Below, one piece after another: positions 8,496 through 18,554 of a stretch of DNA of 64,000 bases. How positions within the stretch are numbered: position 1 is the first letter of the stretch; every line of letters begins with the position of its first letter. The DNA is from Verrucomicrobiaceae bacterium (GTDB taxonomy: Bacteria > Verrucomicrobiota > Verrucomicrobiia > Verrucomicrobiales > Akkermansiaceae): assembly GCA_051252135.1 (NCBI GenBank), contig JBPOGH010000006.1, forward strand, positions 96,001-160,000, read 5' to 3'. Position numbers and translations under genes: made by a program. The notes under the pieces were generated by a model, which was given only the letters and a program-made list of their open reading frames with translations, had not been told where the DNA came from and did not search any database.

Positions 8496-10394
8496 TTACT
8501 CGACCTTGTCCGAGGTGGCTTCGAGGTCGTTGACGGCTTTGTTGGTGACGCGGACGATGTATTTATTGGGCTGATTTTTGAGGGCTTTTTTCAATGCCGG
8601 GAGTGCGGGGCGGGCTTGCTCGTCGGCTTCATCAAGGGCGATGGCGGCGTGGAGGCGGGACCATTGCTCGGGGGACTCGAGGGATTTGGAGAGTTCGGCG
8701 AGGGCGGCCTTTTCTTCAGCTTTCATGCGGAGGAGGGCGCGGGCGGTGGCGATGCGGACGACGGTGGAGGTTTCCTTTTCGAGGAGGGCGAGGCAGGCGA
8801 TGACGGACTCTTCGCTCCGGATGCCGACGTTTCCGATCCCGGTGGCGGCCCAGTAGCGGACGGAGGAGTCCTTGTCATTGAGTCCGGCAAGGAGTTTAGG
8901 GAGGGCCTGAGGGCCGGAGGAGGCGAGGTTGGCCATGCTGCCAAGGCGTTCGGGGAGGGTGGTGTCTTTTGTCTCGGCGAGGATGCCGTAACGGGAGCCG
9001 AATTGTTTCTCGCGGATTTCCATTTCGGGTTCGGGGATGAGGCCGAGGTCGCGGGTGTCCTTGATCCAAGCGGTGTGGGCTTTACGGAAGCGGGTGAGGT
9101 TTTCCTTTTGGGCGGGATCGTTGACGAGGTTGTTGATCTCGTGCGGGTCGTTTTGGAGGTCGTAAAATTCTTCGACAGGTTTGCGGTCGGCCATGAAGAG
9201 CTTCATGGCGGGGGGCATTTGATCGGTTTGAGCGATGCGGCGGAGTTCCTTCATGGTGGCTCCTTTTTCAGGAGTGTTCATGTATTGGAAGTAAGGTTTG
9301 AGGGGCTCGTAGTTGCGGATGTAGCGGTATCGCTTATCGCGGACGGAGCGGATGATGTCGTAGCGCTCGTCCATGCGGTCGCGGGCGCCGTAGATGTAGT
9401 CGCGCGGAGGCGAGAGGTTTTCGCCAAGGAAGGCGCGGCCTTGGGTGATCTTAGGCGCGGGGAGTCCGGCGAGGTTGAGGGTGGTGATGCCGAAGTCGAG
9501 CGAGCTGACGAGTTGGTCATCGACGGTGCCGGGTTGGGCTTGCCCCGACGTACGAAATTTCTCGGGGATGCGGACGATGAGGGGGACGCGGGTGCCGGAG
9601 TCGTAGAGCCAGCGCTTGGCGCGAGGGAGGCCGACGCCGTGGTCCGACCAGTAAACGATGATGGTGTCTTCGTAGAGGCCGGCGTCTTTGAGCTGCTGGA
9701 TGTGATCGCCCACCCAGGCGTCCATGGCGGTGATGAGCTCGTAGTTCCGCTTCCAGTCTTCGCGGACGGTGGGAGTGTCGGGGTAGTAGGGTGGGAGGTT
9801 GGTGAACCTGGCCGGGTCCTGGCGTTCGCCGGGGGAGAGGTTTTTGGTGACGGATTTGTATTTGGAGTCTCCGGCGATGCCGCTTTCGTGACAGCCGGTG
9901 AAGTTGTAGACGGCGAAGAAGGGTTTGTTTTTGTCCTTATTGTTTTTCCAGTGGGCTTTGCCGTTGCTGGCGTCCCAGGTGTTTTCCGATTCCTTGAACT
10001 GGTAGTCTTTTTTGGAGTTGTTGGTGCAGTAGTAGCCGGCGTCGCGCAGGTAGTTGGGGAAGGCCTTGATGGATTCGGGCATGGTGGCGCTGCTGCGCAT
10101 GTGCATGGTGCCGATGGTGGTCTGATACATGCCGGTGATGATGGTGGAGCGGCAAGGGGCGCAGACTCCGGCGGCGGTGTAGGCGTTGGTGTAGCGGACG
10201 CCCTCGGTCGCGAGTTGATCGAGGTGGGGCGTGATGGCGTGGGGGTCGCCGTAGCAGCCGAAGTGGTCGTTGATGTCCTCGGCCGAGAGCCAGAGGATGT
10301 TGGGACGCGAAGAATTTGCGCTCCCAGCGTCGTCCGTAGGCGTCGCTTGGGCGGAAAGGGTGGCGAGGGCGAGAGAGAGGAGGAACTTTTTCAT
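8496..10394 (-). CDS. Sulfatase with C-terminal HEAT repeats
   Basis: RPNILWLSAED, CAPCR, SDHG, RAKRWLYD, RDRMDERYD; HEAT-like tail (DKDSSVRYWAA). Start ATG 10394 overlaps the upstream stop. Confidence 0.9.
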   Translation of the reverse strand: MKKFLLSLALATLSAQATPTDDAGSANSSRPNILWLSAEDINDHFGCYGDPHAITPHLDQLATEGVRYTNAYTAAGVCAPCRSTIITGMYQTTIGTMHMRSSATMPESIKAFPNYLRDAGYYCTNNSKKDYQFKESENTWDASNGKAHWKNNKDKNKPFFAVYNFTGCHESGIAGDSKYKSVTKNLSPGERQDPARFTNLPPYYPDTPTVREDWKRNYELITAMDAWVGDHIQQLKDAGLYEDTIIVYWSDHGVGLPRAKRWLYDSGTRVPLIVRIPEKFRTSGQAQPGTVDDQLVSSLDFGITTLNLAGLPAPKITQGRAFLGENLSPPRDYIYGARDRMDERYDIIRSVRDKRYRYIRNYEPLKPYFQYMNTPEKGATMKELRRIAQTDQMPPAMKLFMADRKPVEEFYDLQNDPHEINNLVNDPAQKENLTRFRKAHTAWIKDTRDLGLIPEPEMEIREKQFGSRYGILAETKDTTLPERLGSMANLASSGPQALPKLLAGLNDKDSSVRYWAATGIGNVGIRSEESVIACLALLEKETSTVVRIATARALLRMKAEEKAALAELSKSLESPEQWSRLHAAIALDEADEQARPALPALKKALKNQPNKYIVRVTNKAVNDLEATSDKVE

Positions 10395-11857
10395 TTGGCT
10401 GACTTGTTTTTTGGAACCATGCGCTCGATGTAGCTTTGGAACTCGGGGCGTTTTTTCCACTGTTCGATGAAGGGGGCGTAGGCAGGGGAAGTGGTCCAGT
10501 TTCGGGTGAGGATGGGGTCGGGGGAGGTGCCTTCGGGGAAGTCTTTTCCGGCGAGGCTGGCGTCAACGGATTGGTTCCACTCTTCGAGTCGAAGTGAGAG
10601 ACTGCCGCCAACATCGATGTGTGAAGCCGATTGGATCAGGTCGCTGGATTCCGAAGGGTCTTTTGTGAGGTTGTAGAGCTGGTAGTTTTTTACGTTCTTT
10701 TTGTCCTTGAGGAGTTTGAAGTCGTTATCGATGACGGCGAGTCGATCGGTGTGGCGGAAGAAGAGTGGCTTTTTTCGAGGGCCGGTTTCCTTTTCAAAAA
10801 GAGGGAGGAGGCTGAGGCCGTCGATGGGCTTGAGCATGGAGGAATCGGGGAGGTCGAGGATGTCGGCGATGGTGGGGAAGATGTCGACGATGCCTGCGGG
10901 GTGAGATGTGCGGCGGGACTTGGGGATGCCGGCGGGCCATTCGATGACGCAGGGGACGCGGATTCCGCCTTCGTAGATGCTGCCTTTGAAGCCCCGGAGG
11001 TCGGCGACGGAGGTTGGGGTGACGCCTTTTTTTGGCTGGAGGCCTCCGTTATCGCTGTTGAACCAGATGAGGGTGTTTTCGTGGATGTCGAGCTTACGCA
11101 GGCCGGCGCGGAGGGTGCCGATGGAGCGGTCCATGGCGACGAGCTCGCCGTAGTGTTCCTGGGCGGCGGGGGGGAGGTGCTTGAAGGGAGCCTTGTCTTT
11201 TTCGAGGGCGCGGAAGGGCAGGTGGGGGGTGCCGTACCAGATGACGGTGAAGAAGGGTTGTTGCTCCTTCGATTTTTCAGAGATGAATCGGAGGGCTTCG
11301 TCGACGATGATTTCGGAGGAGTCGCCTTCCATGTCCTCGAAGCTGCCGTTTCGGCTCATGAGGGGGTTGAGATCGAAGAAATTGGTGACGGAATACCAGG
11401 TGTCGAATCCGAAGACGCCGGGGTGGTGGGAGTCGGTGGCGAGGATGGGGGCGCCGGGTCCGCTGTAGCCGTTGAGGTGCCATTTTCCGAAGTGGCCGGT
11501 GGCATAGCCGGCTTGCTGGAGGGCGGCGGGGAGGGTTTTTTCCTGACGTCGGAGGGCGTGGCCGTGGTTGAGGACGGTGGTGCGGTCGTTGCTGCGTCCG
11601 GTGAGAACGGAGGCGCGCGCGGGGGAGCAATTGGGCGCGGCGTAGAAGCGGTCGAGGCGGAGGCCGTTGGCGGCCATGGCATCGAGGTTTGGGGTTTTGA
11701 GGACGGGATGGCCGTTGTAGCCGGTTTGGCCCCAGCCCTGGTCATCGGTCATGACGAGGATGATGTTTGGGCGTTCAGATTTTGCGCTTCTGGCTTCGTC
11801 CGCAGGTTCGGCTTGGATGGCGGATGCGCAGAGAAGGGATAGAAGAAAGGGTTTCAT
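10391..11857 (-). CDS. Arylsulfatase / N-acetylgalactosamine-6-sulfatase-like sulfatase
   Basis: RPNIILVMTDDQGW, CSPARASVLTGR, GKWHL, SDNGG, KGSIYEGGIRVP. Confidence 0.9.
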   Translation of the reverse strand: MKPFLLSLLCASAIQAEPADEARSAKSERPNIILVMTDDQGWGQTGYNGHPVLKTPNLDAMAANGLRLDRFYAAPNCSPARASVLTGRSNDRTTVLNHGHALRRQEKTLPAALQQAGYATGHFGKWHLNGYSGPGAPILATDSHHPGVFGFDTWYSVTNFFDLNPLMSRNGSFEDMEGDSSEIIVDEALRFISEKSKEQQPFFTVIWYGTPHLPFRALEKDKAPFKHLPPAAQEHYGELVAMDRSIGTLRAGLRKLDIHENTLIWFNSDNGGLQPKKGVTPTSVADLRGFKGSIYEGGIRVPCVIEWPAGIPKSRRTSHPAGIVDIFPTIADILDLPDSSMLKPIDGLSLLPLFEKETGPRKKPLFFRHTDRLAVIDNDFKLLKDKKNVKNYQLYNLTKDPSESSDLIQSASHIDVGGSLSLRLEEWNQSVDASLAGKDFPEGTSPDPILTRNWTTSPAYAPFIEQWKKRPEFQSYIERMVPKNKSAK

Positions 11858-11864
11858 GGCAGGG

Positions 11865-13514
11865 CTATTTTTCGGTGGTGAAGGAGATGGATTCGAAGTC
11901 CCAGCTTTTACCGCCGAGGTGGGAGATGAGGACGCGGGCGTGGTAGGTGGTGTCGGGTTCGAGATCGCTGAGGTTGAAGGATACGGTGTCGCCGCTGAAG
12001 TTCATAGGAGGAGATTTTTGCTGCCAGACGCGATCGTCTGAGTAGAGCTTGGAACTGAGGCCTTTTTTCTCGGTGCCGTGGAGGTCGCGTTTGACGAAGG
12101 TGAGGCAGTCGGTGGTGCCGAAGTGGAGGGTGGCGGTGGCGTCTTTGAGCGGGGCGATGCGGTAGGAGACCTTGGCGGAGGTTTTTTGCGCGACGGCTTT
12201 TCTTCGTTGGTAGGTGACAGGGAGTGCGAAGAGTTGGGCGGCTTTTTCGGGCTGGAGGTAATCGGGGGTGGGGAAGGTGGTGTTTGTTTTCGCGATTGGG
12301 TTGGGGGTGATGAAGTCGAGGCCTCCGGTTCCGAGGATGAACCAGCCATCGTGATCGATGGTGTTGAGTTTATTGATGACTTCTTTTCGGCTGGTGAAGG
12401 TGCTGGTGTCGGCTTGATGCCACTTTTTGTCATCGCCATAGAACCAACCGCGGCGGCGGATTTTTCGGATGAGGTCGCCGGTGCGTTCGACTTGAGGAGG
12501 GCCGGGGACTTCGCAGAAGGAGGTGGCTTTGAGTTCGGGGATTTTTCCGTTTTTGAGAGGGCGTCGGCCGACGGCGTAGAGCTGCCAATGGTGAGAGCGG
12601 TCGTCGTAGAGGTAGCCGAAGTAAGTTTCGAATTCCTCGTTGACCTCCATGCGGAGGGCTTGAATGACGGACTTGGGGTGGTGGGCGTAGGGTTCCCAGT
12701 TGCGGATTTTGACACCGGAGCCCTCGTGGCCGAAGCCGCTGAAATCGGCATCGGGATTTCCGGTGGCGAGGAGGTGGGGCATCGTTTTTAAGGGTGGGAG
12801 CTTTTCGGCGTTTTGGCTGGCGGCCCACATCGAGAAATTGACGCCTCCGGCGGCTTGGTTATCGGCGGAGAAGGTGGCTCCGAAGTAACCGAAGTTGGTG
12901 GTCATGGGGGAGTAGTGGGATCCTTGGCCGACGCTTTGGGATTCGAAGACCCAGATGGTGGGGTTTTTGGCGGTGCTGGAGTGGTAGCGATTGTGAGCGG
13001 CGGCAGGACGCCAGCGGGCGCGGAGGAGTTTGGTGCCGGGGGAGTTGAAGGTAATTCTGGAGATTGAGGAGGAATCGGGCTCGGACTTGGGGGTGAGGGA
13101 GAGGACTTGTTTTCCTGCGGCGGTTGCCTGAATGCTGATGGTTTTACCGGGAGTGATTCTCGTGGATTGGGTTCCCAGTCGGGCAGTCCATTGGCCCGTT
13201 CCGTCGAGGGAGAGGGTGGTTTCTCCGGGTTTATCGAACCAAATGTGCCAGTAGGCGGAGCCTCCAAGTTTGATTGGGATCAGGGTTTCAAATTGGGAGC
13301 CGATCCATTGTTTTTCGGCCTCCGGGGAGGGAGATGTGCCGGTGGCTTTGAAGTGTCCTTTGTCGAAGAAGCCGTTGAAGGGCGTGAGGGTGAGTTTGCC
13401 GTTGATTGCGGGCTCGCCGTAGTGTTGGACATTTTCCGATCCTGAGAAGAGTTTGGCTTCAGCAGCTGCCCAGGAAGTTGAGAGGGCGAGGATCAGGGGG
13501 GCGTGCTTCCACAT
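11865..13514 (-). CDS. Secreted DUF3472-like protein with a C-terminal FN3-like domain
   Basis: Signal peptide; FGYFG, NFSMW and GFGHEGSG motifs recalled from DUF3472 proteins; C-terminal LSDLEPDTTYHARV...SFTT. Confidence 0.6.
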   Translation of the reverse strand: MWKHAPLILALSTSWAAAEAKLFSGSENVQHYGEPAINGKLTLTPFNGFFDKGHFKATGTSPSPEAEKQWIGSQFETLIPIKLGGSAYWHIWFDKPGETTLSLDGTGQWTARLGTQSTRITPGKTISIQATAAGKQVLSLTPKSEPDSSSISRITFNSPGTKLLRARWRPAAAHNRYHSSTAKNPTIWVFESQSVGQGSHYSPMTTNFGYFGATFSADNQAAGGVNFSMWAASQNAEKLPPLKTMPHLLATGNPDADFSGFGHEGSGVKIRNWEPYAHHPKSVIQALRMEVNEEFETYFGYLYDDRSHHWQLYAVGRRPLKNGKIPELKATSFCEVPGPPQVERTGDLIRKIRRRGWFYGDDKKWHQADTSTFTSRKEVINKLNTIDHDGWFILGTGGLDFITPNPIAKTNTTFPTPDYLQPEKAAQLFALPVTYQRRKAVAQKTSAKVSYRIAPLKDATATLHFGTTDCLTFVKRDLHGTEKKGLSSKLYSDDRVWQQKSPPMNFSGDTVSFNLSDLEPDTTYHARVLISHLGGKSWDFESISFTTEK

Positions 13515-13557
13515 CTCAAAACTGTGGCGAGAATGAGGTGGTGCGGGAAGGCTAGAG

Positions 13558-14196
13558 TCAGGAGCCGATCTCTTCTTTTAGCTGATCGAGGAAGGTGACG
13601 AGAAATTGGGTGCGTTCTTCGGCGAGTTGTTTTCCGGCCCCGGTTTGCATGGTGTCCTTGAGGGTGAGGAGCTTGGCGAAGAAATGGTCGACGCAGAAGT
13701 TGGCGTCGTCGGGGGTGCGGGATTGGCAGAAGGGGTCGGTGGTGTTGTAGAGATCAGAGCCCATGTGGCCGCCGAGCATGAGGCAGCGGGAGAGGCCGGT
13801 GGCTCCGAGGGCATCGATGCGGTCGGCGTCCTGGAGGACTTTGGCTTCGATGGTGCGTGGGGTGATGTTGGCGGAGAAGCTGTGGGCCTCGATGGCGTGG
13901 TGGATGGCGTCGAGGTGAGCGGCGGGGTAGTCGTTTTGGCGGAGGAACTCGACGGCGTGATCGGCCGCGAGGCGGGAGGCTTGTGAGCGCAGGGGGGAGT
14001 CTTTGGCGACGTGGACGCAATCGTGGAGATAGGCGGCGGGGAGGAGGACTTCGAGCGAGAGGTTTTCGGCTTCGGCGAGGCGGCAGGTGTTGAGGACGAC
14101 GCGCTCGATGTGCTGGAGGTCGTGGGCGGGGTCGCCTTCTTCCTGGGTGGAAAGGAAGGTGCGGAAGAGGTCGATCCAGTGGGGTTGGTTGGGCAT
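13558..14196 (-). CDS. HD-domain phosphohydrolase (YedJ-like)
   Basis: AHDLQHIERV, YLHDC, AHSFS, QDADRIDALG, DHFFAKLL. Confidence 0.9.
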   Translation of the reverse strand: MPNQPHWIDLFRTFLSTQEEGDPAHDLQHIERVVLNTCRLAEAENLSLEVLLPAAYLHDCVHVAKDSPLRSQASRLAADHAVEFLRQNDYPAAHLDAIHHAIEAHSFSANITPRTIEAKVLQDADRIDALGATGLSRCLMLGGHMGSDLYNTTDPFCQSRTPDDANFCVDHFFAKLLTLKDTMQTGAGKQLAEERTQFLVTFLDQLKEEIGS

Positions 14197-14263
14197 CTAA
14201 ATTGAGATGAATGTGTTTTGAGGACACTTGGGAACCTTGGACCGATTCGAACTTAAACGAAAT

Positions 14264-17044
14264 TTAGTTTTGAATCACCCGGATTCGGAGGAAGCAGTTA
14301 GGGACTGAGATAATGGGTAGAGAAGAATCGGCGGTGATGGTTTGGTATCCGTTGCCGTTGTCGGACGAGTTGGTAGCCCCGGTCCATGTGCCATTCGAAT
14401 TTGATAAAGCGATAGTGGTCCAAGTAGCCTTTGATAAATCACAATTTTCTTCAACCACGTAGGTTAGGCCAGCTGGGATAGGGGAGGGGATGTTAAAGGA
14501 AATTTGGGCGGCGGGCGCGGCGGCTGATGCGCTTGGTAAGGATGCTCCGGGAGAGCCGTTTAATCCATTCACCGGATCAATACCGAGAGCGTAAGACAAG
14601 AGGTTATCGATTCCGTCGTTATTTGGATCGCTATTAGGGAGGGCATTATTTCCGGACAGTCCAGAATTTTCAGTCCAAGCGGAGAATGAAAGTTGGGGAA
14701 GAGCTGAGGGGGCTATGGTCACCGGCAAGGTGGCGAAGAAGAAGTTGGGGACAATGGCATCGTTGGCAAGATCGGTTACGGTCAAGGTGGTTGTTCCAGC
14801 GACCAATGGTTTGAGGACTACTTCGCCATTGGTTACCGAAACAATGTTCGCTAGAGAGGGATCTGCAAGAGTCCACTGGTAATTTGAATCAACGAATCCC
14901 AACATGGTGTCGGCGTTGATAGTCATGCCCTCGGGATCAGTGAGGGTGATGGAACTCAGTCCTTCGGGAGTGAAGACTCCTCGGTTGACGAGAACTTGCG
15001 GGCTGACGTCGGAAAAGCCATCGCTGTTGAAATCGACCCGGAGGACGGAGTCTTGTCCGCGCCATGGATTGTCTTTCAAGGAGACGAGGAGGCTGTGGGT
15101 ATTGTTGCCTCGTTTTGGACTGACGTAGTTGAGCCAGTAGAAGCTGTTGGTGTCGTTTTTGATTTCGGTTTGGATGAGGTCGAAGACGTTGTCGAGCTCG
15201 GCAACGTCTTCGATTTCGTAGTTGCCGGCATTACCGATTTGGTTGAGCGAAGCTTGGTCGATTTCGCTGCCAAGTCCAATGGTGTAGATTTGTTTGTCGC
15301 CCCGGGCGGTTAGGACCTCGTTTAGAGTGTTGAGACCTGATTGATCGCTTCCGTCGGTGAGGAGCACCATGAATCCCCGAGTGACATTTCCGCTGGTGTA
15401 GCTGTCGCTCCAGCGGGAAAGGCCTTCGATGGCGGAACCGTAAAGGTTGGTTGTGGGTTGGCCAAAGCCGATGGAGTCGATGGCAGCTTCGAGGGCGGCG
15501 ACATCGGTCGTGAAATCTTGCAGAAGCAGCGGAGATCCCGAGAAGCTATAGATTGCAAAGGTTTGTCCGGGAATCGCTTTTGCGATGATTCCTTTGGCGG
15601 CAGTTTTGATTTGCGCGAGGTTGGGAGCGACACTGAAGCTGTTGTCGAGCATGAGAACGGTTTTGATCTCCGCGGAGGCTTCATCAATTTTGGCGACTTG
15701 CAGGAAGGATTCGGAGGGAGAGAGCGGTTGTCCATCCTCGAAGACTTCAAAAAAGTCGTCGCCCGTGACAATGTCGTGAGGGACGTTGAGCCCTCGGCCG
15801 GCTTGATCGGTGAGTCGGAAGGCGACCGTGACATAGCTGGGGAGTTCGACGAATGCTTCGATCGGATCCCTAAAATGGACTCCGGCGCTGGGTGGGATAT
15901 TAAATTGATACTGCGCGGTGAATGTTTGGTCCTGCGTAATGTTAGAGAGGGGAGTTCCCCAGTCGAGGACGCTCCAATGGGCATCAGGAGAGAGAATGGG
16001 AGCGGTGGCTGATTCTCCTTCGATGATGACTTGGGAGATCGATCCGCTATTGATGACGCCATGGTCGCCTCGTTTGAAGTCTACTTGATAGGCGTTCTTT
16101 TTGGTGATAGCGGCGCTGAGGAGGTTTCCCGATCCCAAGGAGGAGACTTGATTGAGGGACGAGGGTAGCGAGATTTGGCCATTGGAATCCGATCCCCAGC
16201 CGACGACGGTGCCATCTGATTTTAAGGCCAGGCTGTGATCAGTGCCCGCTGAGATTTCCACTACTCTGGTGAGGTCTGTTGGGACATCAGATTGACCGGA
16301 CCCATTGTCGCCCCAAGCGACGACTGTTCCGTCAGACTTGAGGGCCAGGGCGTGTCGGAAGCCTGCAGAGATTTGTACGACGTTATCCAGGTCGACAGGA
16401 GGTGGCTCTACCGCCTGACTATTATTTACAATCAAGCCAAGTCCCCATGCTACGACAGTGCCATCAGATTTTAGGGCGAGAGCAAAATCTCCGCCTCCCG
16501 AGATTGCGGTGACGCCGCTCAGCCCTGCAGGTGGTCTTCTCACTAGAAAATTTCCTTCAATAAGCTTAAGGACGGCGCTTGTTCCCCACGTTTCTACGGT
16601 GCCATCGTTTTTCAGGGCCATCCCAAAACTCAGTGATGAGGCTATGGCCCGGACATTGTTGAGCCCCGGGGGGACAGGGGTATCGGTGGGATAAGGATCT
16701 CCCCATTGAACGACGGTGCCGTCGGATTTCAGGGCCAAGCTGTGTCGCGAACTCGCTGCGACTGCAACTACGTCTTCCAAGTCGGGAGGGACGTCAGATT
16801 GCCCCGTAGCATTGTAGCCCCACGCAGCTACGGTGCCATCGTTCTTGATGGCTAAGAGATGTCCGGAACCGACAGCAAGTCCTTTCACATTGATCATTCC
16901 TTCTGGAATTTCCAGCTGCTGCTGGTTGTTGTGACCCCAGACTTCGATGGCGTCAACTTGCTCAACCGCTTGAAGGGGGGGGGTGATCAACAAGAAGGTC
17001 ACGCATGAAAGAATTCCTCGAAGGAGGGTGAGGTTTAAGATCAT
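14264..17044 (-). CDS. Secreted modular surface protein: RCC1 repeats, InlB B-repeat-like module, vWA, Ig-like domain, Ca-binding motif and C-terminal domain
   Basis: Six LA(L/I)K(S/N)DGTVxxWG-type repeats; MIDAS DNSFS...T...LTDG; DPNNDGIDNLLSYALG; C-terminal YVVEENCDL..W...FLRIRV. Confidence 0.8.
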   Translation of the reverse strand: MILNLTLLRGILSCVTFLLITPPLQAVEQVDAIEVWGHNNQQQLEIPEGMINVKGLAVGSGHLLAIKNDGTVAAWGYNATGQSDVPPDLEDVVAVAASSRHSLALKSDGTVVQWGDPYPTDTPVPPGLNNVRAIASSLSFGMALKNDGTVETWGTSAVLKLIEGNFLVRRPPAGLSGVTAISGGGDFALALKSDGTVVAWGLGLIVNNSQAVEPPPVDLDNVVQISAGFRHALALKSDGTVVAWGDNGSGQSDVPTDLTRVVEISAGTDHSLALKSDGTVVGWGSDSNGQISLPSSLNQVSSLGSGNLLSAAITKKNAYQVDFKRGDHGVINSGSISQVIIEGESATAPILSPDAHWSVLDWGTPLSNITQDQTFTAQYQFNIPPSAGVHFRDPIEAFVELPSYVTVAFRLTDQAGRGLNVPHDIVTGDDFFEVFEDGQPLSPSESFLQVAKIDEASAEIKTVLMLDNSFSVAPNLAQIKTAAKGIIAKAIPGQTFAIYSFSGSPLLLQDFTTDVAALEAAIDSIGFGQPTTNLYGSAIEGLSRWSDSYTSGNVTRGFMVLLTDGSDQSGLNTLNEVLTARGDKQIYTIGLGSEIDQASLNQIGNAGNYEIEDVAELDNVFDLIQTEIKNDTNSFYWLNYVSPKRGNNTHSLLVSLKDNPWRGQDSVLRVDFNSDGFSDVSPQVLVNRGVFTPEGLSSITLTDPEGMTINADTMLGFVDSNYQWTLADPSLANIVSVTNGEVVLKPLVAGTTTLTVTDLANDAIVPNFFFATLPVTIAPSALPQLSFSAWTENSGLSGNNALPNSDPNNDGIDNLLSYALGIDPVNGLNGSPGASLPSASAAAPAAQISFNIPSPIPAGLTYVVEENCDLSKATWTTIALSNSNGTWTGATNSSDNGNGYQTITADSSLPIISVPNCFLRIRVIQN

Positions 17045-17119
17045 GTTATCAGGATTGCAAAGGGGGCTGGGTGACTACAGAAAAAAACTTGGAATGATTT
17101 AGGGGGAGAATTGAAGGCG

Positions 17120-18079
17120 TTACTTGGCGATGGTGGAATTGGGGTGGAAGTCGAGCCAGGCTTTACGATAGGAGGGGATGGCGTGGAGGCGCTCGAGGAG
17201 TTGACCTTTTTTGGGGCCCGAGATGGCTTTGGCCTGCCAGGGATCCCAATGGGTTCCGTCTTTGCTGACGAGGTTTCCGTCTTTGAGGGTGGGCAGGAAT
17301 TCGATGAGATCGTCTCCGGATTTGCGTATGAAGATGAAGCCGGTGGCGCTGTCTTTTAGGAAGACGGTGACGATTTCTTCGGTGTCGACCTTGTCCTGAT
17401 AGACGGGCTTTTTGATTAAGACATCGAAGGGCCAGGCCCGGGTGGCTTTGAGGTGTTCGAGTCCGATGACGTGTTTTTGCGGATTGCGGTAGACGTCTGC
17501 GTTGTAGGCTTTGGCGGAGCGCTTCAGGGAGAGGACGGTGGTTTCGGGATGGGACTTTTTCCAATCCTGCCATGACGTGATGACGGCGGGGATGGGAGTG
17601 AGGGAGGATCCTTTAAGCGGGCCGTCCATGCACTCGCCGAGGAGGTGGGCCCAGAGGGAGCCGGTTTGGAGGTCGCGCATGACGAGGCTTCGTTGCCAGA
17701 GTTTGCCCGAGACCTGGAAGGTGAGAGGCTTCTGGTGGTTTTTGATTTCGGCGGCATACACGATGCCGTTGAAGCAGAGGTGTCACCAGGTGGCGGCGAT
17801 CCTTTTTCCGCCGAGGGTGTCGTTGATGATTTCGCGTCTCGGTCCGTTGAGCATGTTGATGGGGTAGGCGCGGGATCTTCCGTTGATGGAAACGCCAAGG
17901 ACGAGTTCCTCGTTGTTGATTTTTCCTTCCATCTCTTCCCTTGATTTGATGGGGGCGTCGACGATGGCCGGGAGGGGCTTGAGGAGGGTTTTGGGCTGGA
18001 ATTTGAGGGGTGTTTCGTCGGCTCGGGCGAAGGAGAGCTGGAGGGAGGTGATGGTGAGGAGGATGGACAGGGCTTTCAT
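17120..18079 (-). CDS. DUF3179-family selenoprotein (Sec at codon 99, UxxC); joins ORFs 17783-18079 and 17120-17761
   Basis: In-frame ...ATW TGA CAC CTC TGC TTC AAC GGC ATC GTG TAT = ATW-U-HLC-FNGIVY, matching the family's TxCxLC motif. Signal peptide; RAYP, SGKLWQRSLVMRDLQTGSLW and W..FHP motifs. Confidence 0.85.
17752..17785 (-). promoter_or_regulatory. Putative SECIS element for the DUF3179 UGA
   Basis: UGA, then 14 nt, then a perfect stem CGGCAU / loop CGUGU / AUGCCG. Confidence 0.65.
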
Positions 18080-18107
18080 GGAGAGTGAAGGGAGTGTGTC
18101 GAGCCGG

Positions 18108-18554
18108 CTATGGTTTTCTTAAGCGGGCGACATCTGCAATGTCTTGGGGGCGTCCTGTTGCTACTTTGTTAGTGATTAAAGTATCCTTTCCGATGAGTGG
18201 GATTTTCAGGCCGTCGAAATCGATTGTGGTGCGTGAGTTCCACGCTTCCTTCCAGGTGACGCCGCTGATTCCGGTGAGGAGGTCAATACGATTTGGGGCG
18301 CGACCGAGTTGGATCACTTGGTCGACTTCTAGGAAATCATCGCGTGAGATCCCGGCTCCACTGAAGCCGAAGTCATTGAGGACTTGATCAAGCTTGTCTG
18401 CGTTTTCCGGGGATACGAGAACCATGAGATCGATATCTTCGGTAAAGCGCGGAGCGCCGTGGAAGGCGAGTGCGTAGCCACCGACGAGAAGGAACTCAAC
18501 TTTCCGCGAGAGGCACAATGCGATAAACTCGCGAATGTCGGGGTGAAGAGTCAT
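18108..18554 (-). CDS. Minimal nucleotidyltransferase (putative toxin-antitoxin component, DUF6036-like)
   Basis: LLVGGYALAFHG.PRFTEDIDL, RIDLL, NKVATGRPQDIADV. Start set at ATG 18554. Confidence 0.8.
   Translation of the reverse strand: MTLHPDIREFIALCLSRKVEFLLVGGYALAFHGAPRFTEDIDLMVLVSPENADKLDQVLNDFGFSGAGISRDDFLEVDQVIQLGRAPNRIDLLTGISGVTWKEAWNSRTTIDFDGLKIPLIGKDTLITNKVATGRPQDIADVARLRKP

Noticed and set aside
8379..11842. Long plus-strand ORFs (684 aa and 403 aa)
   Set aside because: Antisense shadows of the sulfatase genes, with no recognisable motifs.
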